Positions 1 through 8,565 of a stretch of 64,000 nt of DNA are shown here, piece after piece. Positions within the stretch are counted from its first letter, which is position 1. Each line of letters opens with the position of its first letter. This DNA comes from Cyanobacteriota bacterium (GTDB lineage Bacteria > Cyanobacteriota > Cyanobacteriia > Cyanobacteriales > Nostocaceae). The notes below the pieces were generated by a model. It saw nothing but the letters and a program-made list of their open reading frames with translations, had not been told where the DNA came from and searched no databases. A program made the position numbers and the translations under genes. The stretch is from positions 62,008 through 126,007 of the forward strand of contig JBJOKS010000014.1 of NCBI GenBank assembly GCA_046045965.1, written 5' to 3'.

Positions 1-1652
1 CAAAAAGTCAAAGATTCGAGAAATTTTTCATGCTCTTGACACCATGCAATTGCTGTTTGTAAATTATCATATTCAGCAACGAAGTAATCCATATACTCAT
101 ATTCATACCAATCTTTGTGATCCTTTTTTCTGTATCCTTGAGAAAATTCTAAATACCAATTAATCCATCTTTCTCTTGCTTGCTGCTCAAAAACAGGATT
201 ATTTGTTAATTCAGTAGATACATAATTACGAATTAGAGGTAAAGGAATTTCGTAACGATTTTCATCATACTTAATTAACAAGCGATCTTCTAATAATTGC
301 AAATCCTTGTTTATTTTATCATCATCTGTTACGGTAAGTGCAACATAAGCGATCGCATCTCGCAAAGCAGGTTTAGGAAACATCACCAAAGCCATTAATA
401 AATCATAAGCAGAAGCAGATTCTTCCTTTAATGATTTTAATAAAAATTCCTCTTTATTTGGCAATTTACTTAAACAATTATCATGCTGCAACTGATTCAG
501 AGCATCAATAATTAACCCCGGTATCCCACCAATAATATCTTTTATTTGTTGATATTGGTTTGGTGTAAGATTAACACTTAATTCTTGAGCTTTTTCTGTG
601 ATAAAAATTCTCGTGTCTTCTGCTGAGAGAATTTCCAGATGTAAAGGATGACCTAGCTTAGTTCTTCGACGTGATGTAATTAAGATTTTCACATTAGAAG
701 GCATTTGTTCAATTAGTGACTTAATATCTTGTTTATCTGCCTCAGTTTCCACATTATCTATAATTAACAGAGTATTGATGTTTTTAAATTTAGCAATAAT
801 CTTTTTTAAGAGTTGCTCTTGATTGGACTCATTAATAATTTTTTTCTTAATTTCCAAAGTAAGTGCAATGTCTTTATAAACATTCTCTAAATTAGATTCT
901 CGACTCTCACAATGTTGCTGTTGTTTAATAGAAGTAAAAATAAAAGCATCAAACATTGGTAAATCCAAGCTGTGATTACTCTTTCTAGCTTGTAAAAAAC
1001 GCAAAGCAGCTTCTTTTACTAGAGTAGTTTTACCAAAACCAGGCAAGGCAGTTATACTAATTATAGGTATATAAGGATTATCAATTAAGTTTAATAATTT
1101 TGTAACTTCTGTTTCCCTAGCAATAAAATTATTATAATTTTTGACTAAATTACTGTAAATAATATCTTTTCTGCTTTCTGCTAATTCTTGCCAATTTGTT
1201 AAACCTAAAACATGACAATAAGCTATAAAAGCAAGTTGATTAATGAATAAACCACGTACAAAGCTATTCCAAGTTCTATATGATATTCCCGTAAAATATA
1301 TTTTCCTGTCTTCTATTAAATCTTCTATAGTTTTATAGAAAGAAATTTTGCGTTTCTGTTGATTTTGAAAAAGTTTAATCTTTATCAGATTAAAAAGTCT
1401 GGCTCTTTCTGAATTAATCTTGGTTCTATCATCCTTACTTACGTTAACTAGAGGCACAAAATAATATTCAAGTTCGTTATACCATCTTTGATCATTTTCT
1501 CCCCAATTATTTTCCCTTGCATGTTGTGCCATTAAAAACTTGGAAGCTTCACGGAAAGGTGCATTTTCCATTGTATATTCTCTGTCTTGTCTAGCCGCTT
1601 CAACCTCTTTCCGTTTCCCTTCAAGTACCCTGAAAGTTTCCACTACAAGCAT
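1..1652 (-). CDS. NB-ARC/STAND ATPase with N-terminal HTH-like domain (partial, runs off the window start; absent from the ORF track)
   Basis: Manual translation from ATG 1652 is open to the window edge: MLVVETFRVLEGKRKEVEAARQ...GISYRTWNSFVRGYFINQLAFIAYCHVLGLTNWQELAE...FIARETE...ISITALPGFGKTT (Walker A)...LLIIDNVE (Walker B)...ILITSRRR...GGIPG (GxP-like)...ARERWINWYLEF. Confidence 0.85.
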   Translation of the reverse strand, partial: MLVVETFRVLEGKRKEVEAARQDREYTMENAPFREASKFLMAQHARENNWGENDQRWYNELEYYFVPLVNVSKDDRTKINSERARLFNLIKIKLFQNQQKRKISFYKTIEDLIEDRKIYFTGISYRTWNSFVRGLFINQLAFIAYCHVLGLTNWQELAESRKDIIYSNLVKNYNNFIARETEVTKLLNLIDNPYIPIISITALPGFGKTTLVKEAALRFLQARKSNHSLDLPMFDAFIFTSIKQQQHCESRESNLENVYKDIALTLEIKKKIINESNQEQLLKKIIAKFKNINTLLIIDNVETEADKQDIKSLIEQMPSNVKILITSRRRTKLGHPLHLEILSAEDTRIFITEKAQELSVNLTPNQYQQIKDIIGGIPGLIIDALNQLQHDNCLSKLPNKEEFLLKSLKEESASAYDLLMALVMFPKPALRDAIAYVALTVTDDDKINKDLQLLEDRLLIKYDENRYEIPLPLIRNYVSTELTNNPVFEQQARERWINWYLEFSQGYRKKDHKDWYEYEYMDYFVAEYDNLQTAIAWCQEHEKFLESLTF

Positions 1653-1673
1653 ATATAAACCCTGTTCCCTGAC

Positions 1674-1708
1674 CAAGATCACTTAGTATTCCATTTTAAC
1701 TGATCTTG
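1674..1708. promoter_or_regulatory. Palindromic operator-like site 1, CAAGATCAC-N17-CTGATCTTG
   Basis: Perfect 8-bp inverted repeat CAAGATCA/TGATCTTG between divergent genes; same motif at 2864 and 8343. Confidence 0.7.
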
Positions 1709-1774
1709 TTGGCTGCCAAGTCAATTGTGAAAATAAAAACAAGGTGTCTACATATATGTCAGGAGTTTACATTT

Positions 1775-2077
1775 ATGGCTCGTGTGGATTGGAATGGTCC
1801 GGTTTATCACTCTAAAAACGGGCGTTACTACTGCTATGGTACTGATAGGGATGGTAATAAGCATATTTTAGATGGGGATAGTCAGCGAGATTTGCAAGTA
1901 AATTATCTTGGTGAACTATCACCAGGTGGACTTCATGATCATCACTACACAAAAAACGGTAGGTGGTACACCCAGACACGAGTTGATACTGGACATCTAT
2001 TTAATGATGGTGGAGTTGCGAGCGATGCAGGTGGATATTTAGATCATCTGTTTGATGAGCTAAAAAGGTTAGGCTAA
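1775..2077 (+). CDS. Small (100 aa) hypothetical protein with an internal duplication
   Basis: AGGAG RBS precedes ATG 1775 (track start 1706 overlaps the operator); repeats YHSKNGRYY and HYTKNGRWY. Confidence 0.7.
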   Translation: MARVDWNGPVYHSKNGRYYCYGTDRDGNKHILDGDSQRDLQVNYLGELSPGGLHDHHYTKNGRWYTQTRVDTGHLFNDGGVASDAGGYLDHLFDELKRLG

Positions 2078-2125
2078 CTCTCAACTGATTATATACCGAG
2101 GATGTATCTATAAAACTAACCTAGT

Positions 2126-2149
2126 AGGGGTTTAGCATTGCTAAACCCT
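2126..2149. repeat. REP-like palindrome GGGTTTAGCATTGCTAAACCC
   Basis: Hairpin visible directly; degenerate copy at about 16138-16161. Confidence 0.6.
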
Positions 2150-2186
2150 CTAATCTTGAACAAAAATTATTTTACAGGTCAAGGAA

Positions 2187-2726
2187 ATGCACATAGCAAC
2201 CTCCCAGCGAAAATACATCTTTTTCTGTCTCTTCTGCATTAGTTCCTCACTCGTTATTAGTGGGTGTGCTAATACATCAATTGCCAAGCCTATTTCCGAA
2301 AGTGATCCTCTATTAACACAGAGGTCTTTAGCTCTTGTATTAACGATTATATTGGGATTTATACAACTTGGAATTTTATTGATTAAAAACCCCCAAGCTC
2401 CACAAGTTGGAGAGGCTTGGTTTCAGCAAAATATACCCTCAGTCATTGCAATTCCATTAATATGGTCAAAACTGGGTGAATGGGGTTATATGATTTCCAA
2501 TTGGTTATTCAACCTATGGAATCCTTTGGTGTTGATATTGGGATTTTTTAATGGTGTACTTGGAAATGTAGGACTAGCTCTATCTTGGATTGTATTATTT
2601 GGGTTTGTTTTCCCTTCACCAGATTTATTCGCTTGGGCAGTTTTACCAACATTAGCAGGTTTAATTGTCAACTTATTTTTACTAGCTTTTGCAAAAACTG
2701 GTAATAATGCAGGAGGTAATTCATAA
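2187..2726 (+). CDS. Hypothetical multi-pass membrane protein with possible lipoprotein signal
   Basis: Hydrophobic leader ending LVISG-C, followed by 4-5 hydrophobic segments. Confidence 0.7.
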   Translation: MHIATSQRKYIFFCLFCISSSLVISGCANTSIAKPISESDPLLTQRSLALVLTIILGFIQLGILLIKNPQAPQVGEAWFQQNIPSVIAIPLIWSKLGEWGYMISNWLFNLWNPLVLILGFFNGVLGNVGLALSWIVLFGFVFPSPDLFAWAVLPTLAGLIVNLFLLAFAKTGNNAGGNS

Positions 2727-2863
2727 ATACCTTGCATAGCAGAAATATAGTCAGGTTGGGTTAAGCAACAGCACAACCCAACTACAACTACAACTTTGAT
2801 TATTTTAGGGTTACTTGCTATAAGAAATAGCAATTATTCAATAGAGCAGTTTTTATAATTTGT

Positions 2864-2898
2864 CAAGATCACCAGTAACTAGCGCATAGGTGATCGGA
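2864..2898. promoter_or_regulatory. Palindromic operator-like site 2, CAAGATCAC-N17-GTGATCGGA
   Basis: GATCACC...GGTGATC inverted repeat with the same spacing as site 1; ends 66 nt before ATG 2965. Confidence 0.7.
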
Positions 2899-2964
2899 TT
2901 TTCTATATACAGAATTTGTGCAACGTGCCAAAATTATTACAACAATGAACCTTGAAAACAAAAT

Positions 2965-4044
2965 ATGACTTTGAACTTTGATAAAAAGCGTGAAGAAGGT
3001 TTCACAGAAGTATTGTTAGCACCTGTTAAAGCAATAATAGGTGATCCTAAAGAACTCTACGGTGAATATTACGTTACCGACGAGATCAAACAGTCTGCTA
3101 AAATTACAAATTCTGCAATTGTAATTAGTAACAATATTGACGGAATCAGTCTAATACCACTGCTGCAATTTTCTTTTTCTGATTGGGGCGATTACAGTCT
3201 ACCAGCAGCTATTTTTCTAGCTGCACTGATTACATATTTTGCCAATATCACTGGAACTGCTACAGCTAAACGCAAACCAGGTAATATTATTTGGTCAATG
3301 TCTGCTACTGCTGGTTTTCTAGCAATGAACGCACTCATGACTATGACTACACCAGTTGCTCCTGAACTCACTTTAAATCAACACGGACTAGCAGAAATGC
3401 GAGCTAAAGAATTAATTGAAATTAAGGAACAAGAAGTCAAGGAGAAGATTAAACCCAGTGCTGAAGGATTAGTAAAATTAAACCAAGTTGAAACCGAATG
3501 TAAACGTTTAGAAAATGAACTAAAAAAATACCCCAGAGGCAGTGTACAGCGTAATGATTTTTATATTAATGCCTATGGAGAATACAGCAAAGTTCGTAGT
3601 AATTATAACTGGAGTGCTGTTCCAGAAGGTAAAAGACCTGTATGTGCAAATGCCAAAATTTTAAATCAAGAAATTCGGGAATCAGCTATACAAGCACAAG
3701 AAATTTGGGCGCGTCAAAAGCAAAAAATTCTTCTTTCTGCTAGTTATGTAGTTGGTATTCGCAATACCTTACCTGAGCTTTATGAACAGGAGTTTAACGA
3801 AAAAGGAGAAGTAAATTCAGGAATAGTAAAAGCACGTTTAGCGATTGAAAGTACATATACTAAATTAGGACAAGGAGAGTGGACAAACTTAGGATTTAGT
3901 ATTTTTTGTTTTGCTTTATCTATCCTTACTTCCATCTTTTCTTGTGCTATGGCAATATCCCACTCTATGAGAAAAGATGTACAGATGAGTTTTGATGAAT
4001 CTTTACCTATTGCTCTGGAAGAGTTTTGTCAAAACGACTACTAA
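2965..4044 (+). CDS. Hypothetical membrane protein: N-terminal TMs, coiled-coil soluble domain, C-terminal TM (DUF4407-like architecture)
   Basis: Hydrophobic segments near aa 60-130 and 310-330 flank a charged helical region; family is inferred from architecture only. Confidence 0.7.
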   Translation: MTLNFDKKREEGFTEVLLAPVKAIIGDPKELYGEYYVTDEIKQSAKITNSAIVISNNIDGISLIPLLQFSFSDWGDYSLPAAIFLAALITYFANITGTATAKRKPGNIIWSMSATAGFLAMNALMTMTTPVAPELTLNQHGLAEMRAKELIEIKEQEVKEKIKPSAEGLVKLNQVETECKRLENELKKYPRGSVQRNDFYINAYGEYSKVRSNYNWSAVPEGKRPVCANAKILNQEIRESAIQAQEIWARQKQKILLSASYVVGIRNTLPELYEQEFNEKGEVNSGIVKARLAIESTYTKLGQGEWTNLGFSIFCFALSILTSIFSCAMAISHSMRKDVQMSFDESLPIALEEFCQNDY

Positions 4045-4162
4045 AATTACTCGGCTAATATTTAGCATTTATCGGGGAATCACGCCTGTAGATAAAATCA
4101 CATAGGCTGATTTTTTAACACTTAATTCAATTTTTTCTTTTTTTAGTTCAAGGGTAATCTAT

Positions 4163-4861
4163 ATGCGTGAAATGAATCCACAACGCCGGAATAATGTTGC
4201 TAATTTATACCCCGTTAATTATAAAGGTTATATTAGGATAGACGTTCTCAAGCTTTATTTGCAAACTGGTGAATGTAATGATCCTCGACTCAAGGGAATA
4301 TTACTCCGACTACATCAAGGGGAAACTTTACTTTCACCAAAAAAAGCAGAAGATTTGCTGAAAAAATTGTCTACAAGTTTAAAGTTGATTAATATAGTAA
4401 CATCAGAATTACTAGGAGAATCTATCCCGCAAGTAGAAGCACTAGGACAACTACAATGTGAAAATGAAAGCTTTTGCTTGGAGGTTGAGACAAAAATTAG
4501 AGAAAATTTGCAAGAATTAGATTTCTTTCTTAATCAATTGTTGGAAATTAACAAAAAGTATGGATATTTAGCTTATGATACTCAACCAAAAAAACATCCT
4601 CAGAATTTAGAAACATTTCAAGAGAACTTAGATGAATCTAAAGAATTAGTGAAAACAATTTCTTATATTCAGCGTTATCTCAATTATCAATTTAATACAA
4701 CTCAATCATTATTTGACCGCACTGCTTACCCTTTAGCCTATTTTCTAAGGATTCGCAAATATTTGGAGATATTACCAGGAGAATGTCGGAGTTTAGCAGC
4801 TATAACTCGTCAAGCTATAGCAAACCGTGTTCCAGGAACTGAATCTGATAATTTAACTTGA
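4163..4861 (+). CDS. Hypothetical helical protein
   Basis: 232-aa ORF, Leu/Glu-rich, adjoining or overlapping the next gene. Confidence 0.7.
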   Translation: MREMNPQRRNNVANLYPVNYKGYIRIDVLKLYLQTGECNDPRLKGILLRLHQGETLLSPKKAEDLLKKLSTSLKLINIVTSELLGESIPQVEALGQLQCENESFCLEVETKIRENLQELDFFLNQLLEINKKYGYLAYDTQPKKHPQNLETFQENLDESKELVKTISYIQRYLNYQFNTTQSLFDRTAYPLAYFLRIRKYLEILPGECRSLAAITRQAIANRVPGTESDNLT

Positions 4862-5523
4862 AGGAATTTAACTATATGTTTAGAGGGTTAAGAAAACAAT
4901 TAAATCGCCCTAGTAGAAAAAATTTTGCAGTAAATACAAGTTTACACACATCAATCACAACTCTTACAGATGACCAATTTAAACAGCAGTTCAACAATGG
5001 TAAGAGAAACTTTTCCGGTTGTGATTTTCGTCAGGTTAGAAATCATACTTTAAGAGAAGTTTCACTTCATGAAGCTAATTTGAATCAGGCTATTTTTAGT
5101 GGAATGCAACTGAATAAAATTAATTTTGAAAATGCTAGTCTTTATCAAGCAAAATTTGTAGGTGCTAACCTAGCAGGAGCGAATTTAATTAGAGCAAATT
5201 TGAGTGAAGCTGACTTATCTAATGCTAACTTGGCAGATGCTTATCTAATTAATGCCAATTTATCAGAAGGTTGTTTGTATAAAGCGCAACTTCATTGTGC
5301 TAACTTAATGGGTGCAAATTTGAGTTATGCTAACTTAAATTCTTGTAGTTTAACCTGGGCAGATTTGAGTGCAACTACTCTATGTTGGGCTGATTTACGC
5401 AACACTAATTTAAGTGATGCTGACCTTTATGGTGCAGATTTACAACACGCTGATTATGGTTTTACAACTATTATCAAATCACGGATTCAAGGTTTAATCA
5501 CTCTCAATAAGAAAACCAGATGA
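4858..5523 (+). CDS. Pentapeptide repeat protein (start may be ATG 4876)
   Basis: A(N/D)LxG/A pentapeptide repeats such as ANLAGANLIRANLSEADLSNANL. Confidence 0.9.
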   Translation: MKEFNYMFRGLRKQLNRPSRKNFAVNTSLHTSITTLTDDQFKQQFNNGKRNFSGCDFRQVRNHTLREVSLHEANLNQAIFSGMQLNKINFENASLYQAKFVGANLAGANLIRANLSEADLSNANLADAYLINANLSEGCLYKAQLHCANLMGANLSYANLNSCSLTWADLSATTLCWADLRNTNLSDADLYGADLQHADYGFTTIIKSRIQGLITLNKKTR

Positions 5524-5557
5524 CAAAATAATCTAGCAATTCTCAAACCTTGGAGAA

Positions 5558-5585
5558 GTAGAGATGTTGTATACAATATCTCTGC
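5558..5585. repeat. REP-like palindrome between convergent genes (possible terminator)
   Basis: GTAGAGATGTTGTATACAATATCTCTGC imperfect hairpin. Confidence 0.5.
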
Positions 5586-5602
5586 TCCATCAACAGATAT
5601 TT

Positions 5603-6946
5603 TTATTTTATAAACAACCGTCTTCTTTCCTGAATCAACACTTTAAATAATGCCACTATTCCATAAATACCTAAATTCCTAATCAATCTCAACCACTCAA
5701 ATAAATTAGCTGATTTCTTCCTATGTATTCTCACTAAATGCACACCAGCATCCGCAGCAGTATTTATGTATTTTTTCATTTTAGCTATTTTTAACAATTT
5801 TAAAAATTCATGAATCGCATTATCCCAATCTCCTAAATATTCATAAATTCTCGCTCTATTTGCTAATACATTAGCTAACTTCTTTTCATTAAAATCTATT
5901 TGGAGAAAAAGCTTTTCCGCTTTATCTAAATAAGTATATGCTGCTGAAAAATCAGGATTTTTGCATTTCATAGCAACAGCACCAGCTAACAAATAAATAG
6001 TCCCTTCTGATTCAGGATATGCAGCTTGAGTAAATCCACTGGTTGTTTCTTTGGTTTCTGTAAATTTAGTAATTGCTGTTTCTAATAACCTGCGGGATTC
6101 ATCAAAATTACCTTTTTTATATTCCAACCAACCCAAACCATAAAAAATCAAAGATAAAAAATATAAATTACCCGTACTTTCAGAAACTTCTTTACCTTCA
6201 ATAAAAGTTAATTCTGCTTTAGCTAAATCATTGACGTTCAAATAAGCAACACCTAAACTATACAAAACCCTACCTAAATCAAAAATATTACCAAGCTTCC
6301 GTAAAATATCAGCAGCTTCTAAATAACTAGATATAGCTTTTTTACTTTGATCAAATCTATCATAGCAACTCCCTAAATTCAGCAAAGTATTTGCTTGCTG
6401 ATAAAGATTATTTTGTTGTTGAAATAAATCTAATGCTTGTTGTAAATGCCATTCTGCTTCTTGAGATTTTTGTGAACGTTGTAGAGTAATACCTGCACCT
6501 AAATGGTTAAAAGCTAAAAATTCCTGATTATCAAATACACGACTAGCTAAAATTCCTTGTTCATGATATTTCAACGATTCTGTAAATTGACCTTTTTCTT
6601 CTAAATAACGTCCTAAAGCACAAAATAACCATGAACCATCTTTATCCACACCTTTAGCAATTTCTTGTTGTACCCAATTTCCCCAATCTCGATAATCTTG
6701 ACTAACTTCACAATAGTAAAATAAGGCTTGACAAAATTTACGCTGGTTAATATTATTAACATCATCAATCATATTATCAAACACAGCACGAAAATCTTGA
6801 ATAACTTGGTTGATATCAATATTTGCTGAACTGTGATTACCAAACAGAAGTTGATTATATTGATAAGCTTGAGTTACCCAGTGATCTGATAATTCATCGT
6901 CAGACGACTTGAAAAAAGCACGCACATCAAAAAGATTATTACTCAT
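5603..6946 (-). CDS. Tetratricopeptide repeat protein, putative sensor partner of the upstream STAND ATPase
   Basis: Multiple TPR-like units (ANTLLNLGSCY, GRVLYSLGVAY, LIFYGLGWLEY); start overlaps the STAND stop by 8 nt. Confidence 0.85.
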   Translation of the reverse strand: MSNNLFDVRAFFKSSDDELSDHWVTQAYQYNQLLFGNHSSANIDINQVIQDFRAVFDNMIDDVNNINQRKFCQALFYYCEVSQDYRDWGNWVQQEIAKGVDKDGSWLFCALGRYLEEKGQFTESLKYHEQGILASRVFDNQEFLAFNHLGAGITLQRSQKSQEAEWHLQQALDLFQQQNNLYQQANTLLNLGSCYDRFDQSKKAISSYLEAADILRKLGNIFDLGRVLYSLGVAYLNVNDLAKAELTFIEGKEVSESTGNLYFLSLIFYGLGWLEYKKGNFDESRRLLETAITKFTETKETTSGFTQAAYPESEGTIYLLAGAVAMKCKNPDFSAAYTYLDKAEKLFLQIDFNEKKLANVLANRARIYEYLGDWDNAIHEFLKLLKIAKMKKYINTAADAGVHLVRIHRKKSANLFEWLRLIRNLGIYGIVALFKVLIQERRRLFIK

Positions 6947-8285
6947 ATTGTTCCCTCAAAGTTTCTCCAAAATAACGAGCGGTAAAAGAGTGTAAAGAAA
7001 CTTGTTTATTAGAACCAATAGGAGTAATTTCAATCAACGAAAGCTGATATAACTTTCTAATTGATTCATCAACAACTTGACTAGATAAACCTCCTAAGCC
7101 ATATAATATACGAATAGGTACTGGTCTAGACCTCGTAGCTAAATACAGCAGCAACTTTTGAGTATTAATTGCATTTTCTTGTTGTAATTCTTGCCAGTTA
7201 TCTTCAAACAAATAATTATATAATTGTTGTTCTTCTGATAAATTTTGCAACCGTTGAATAATTCTATCTATATCTAATTTACCAGCTTGACTGACCACTA
7301 ATTTCATCGCTAGTGGCATACCATCAGTAATTTTAACCAGTTCATCAATTTCTCCTGGCGTGGCTTTGAGAATCGGATTTTGACTAGGTAGTAAATATTT
7401 TTCTTCAGAAATGACTTGAATAAATTCTCTTGATACCTTTTGATTTAATTTAGATAATGCCAATTCTGTAACATCAGCATCTATTCTTCGACGACTGGTG
7501 ATAATTAAAGAACTTTTTCCTAAAATACTTTGTAATTCTGCTGCTAAGACTCTAGGACTTTCGGCATCTTCTAAACCATCAATAACTATTAACCAAGGAT
7601 GTGAATTAAGAATTCTAGTAATTTCTATTCTGAGTAAATCTGGTTGTAACAAGATATGATTTGGTAATTGTAGCTCTTTACCTATTTCTTGTAAAGCATC
7701 CTCAAATGATAAACGATAAGCCCGATGAGATGCTAATTCTCCTAAACCTTCTGATTGATATTGATATATTTTTGCCCTTACCCAAGCAATTTTTGTAAAT
7801 ATTTTTTTATGATAAGCTTGAGATACTAACTGATGACAAAAAGCAGTTTTTCCTAATCCTCCAATACCCGTAATACTAAATATTGTAGATTGGTTTTTTG
7901 ATTCTAATACCTGAAGAATCTCTTGTAAATCATCACTACGTCCAATAAATTGTTGATATTTTTTCTCTAGTTGCCAAGTTAATAAATTTGATGTGTGTTC
8001 TGTGTCTTCATCATCATTTTCTACTTCTAACATTGCTAAGGGATCAGTATCAACAATATCCTCCCAATTTTCAATCCCTACAGCTTTACAGATACCAATA
8101 AAAGCATCTCTATTTACTGCTTTCCCTCTTCGGAAACGCCCTAATGTTGGTTCAGAAACATTAATACCAGCAATATCACTAGCAATATCACACCATGAAA
8201 GTGATCTTGCTGTCCAGCCCTTCTTTTTTCTCTCTATTTCAACTTTTTCTAAACCTTCTTGAGATGCTTTGAGAGTAACTGCCAT
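6939..8285 (-). CDS. NB-ARC/STAND ATPase with N-terminal HTH-like domain, lacking C-terminal repeats
   Basis: FIGR motif, GIGGLGKT Walker A, LIVIDGLE Walker B, IITSRRR, GMPLAM, terminal LHS (MHD-like); N-terminus VSEPTLGRFRRGKAVNRDAFIGICKAVGIENWEDIVD. Confidence 0.9.
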   Translation of the reverse strand: MAVTLKASQEGLEKVEIERKKKGWTARSLSWCDIASDIAGINVSEPTLGRFRRGKAVNRDAFIGICKAVGIENWEDIVDTDPLAMLEVENDDEDTEHTSNLLTWQLEKKYQQFIGRSDDLQEILQVLESKNQSTIFSITGIGGLGKTAFCHQLVSQAYHKKIFTKIAWVRAKIYQYQSEGLGELASHRAYRLSFEDALQEIGKELQLPNHILLQPDLLRIEITRILNSHPWLIVIDGLEDAESPRVLAAELQSILGKSSLIITSRRRIDADVTELALSKLNQKVSREFIQVISEEKYLLPSQNPILKATPGEIDELVKITDGMPLAMKLVVSQAGKLDIDRIIQRLQNLSEEQQLYNYLFEDNWQELQQENAINTQKLLLYLATRSRPVPIRILYGLGGLSSQVVDESIRKLYQLSLIEITPIGSNKQVSLHSFTARYFGETLREQYE

Positions 8286-8342
8286 ATTGATCCTAGTATT
8301 TTTATGTAATTTCAGAAATGGATACTACTTCTCATTCTTTGT

Positions 8343-8377
8343 CAAGATCACAAACAATCCTATTTTAGCTGATCGTG
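8343..8377. promoter_or_regulatory. Palindromic operator-like site 3, CAAGATCAC-N17-CTGATCGTG
   Basis: Between the divergent STAND and PEP-CTERM genes; shares TTTGTCAAGATCAC with site 2 and ATTTTA(A/G)CTGATC with site 1. Confidence 0.7.
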
Positions 8378-8565
8378 CTAAATGACACAAAATAAGTTAA
8401 AAAAAATTTATACCGCCAACTAGCTACTACGAATAAACGGTTAAGTCCAACTTTAATGACTTCATTTTCCCCTGTTTACCAGGGGAATACTAACAGAAAT
8501 TAATACTTGTCAAACTAGCCACAAAATCATCCTAGTCACAATTATTAAATACAGGAGTTTTCAAC

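Noticed and set aside
2486..2833. Antisense or overlapping ORFs (2486, 7993, 9273, 11072, 12919, 24811, 28754, 35294, 44755, 58100, 59675, 61148 and others)
   Set aside because: They are shadows of longer, motif-bearing genes on the opposite strand or frame
4094..4114. AAAATCA-cataggc-TGATTTT inverted repeat upstream of 4163 as a fourth operator
   Set aside because: The arms differ (AATCA rather than GATCA) and the spacer is short; more likely a simple hairpin
8171..8209. Half-sites resembling the operator (CAATATCAC twice, GTGATCTTG) inside the STAND gene
   Set aside because: Spacings are 21 and 9 nt rather than 17, and the sequence is coding; at most an auxiliary site
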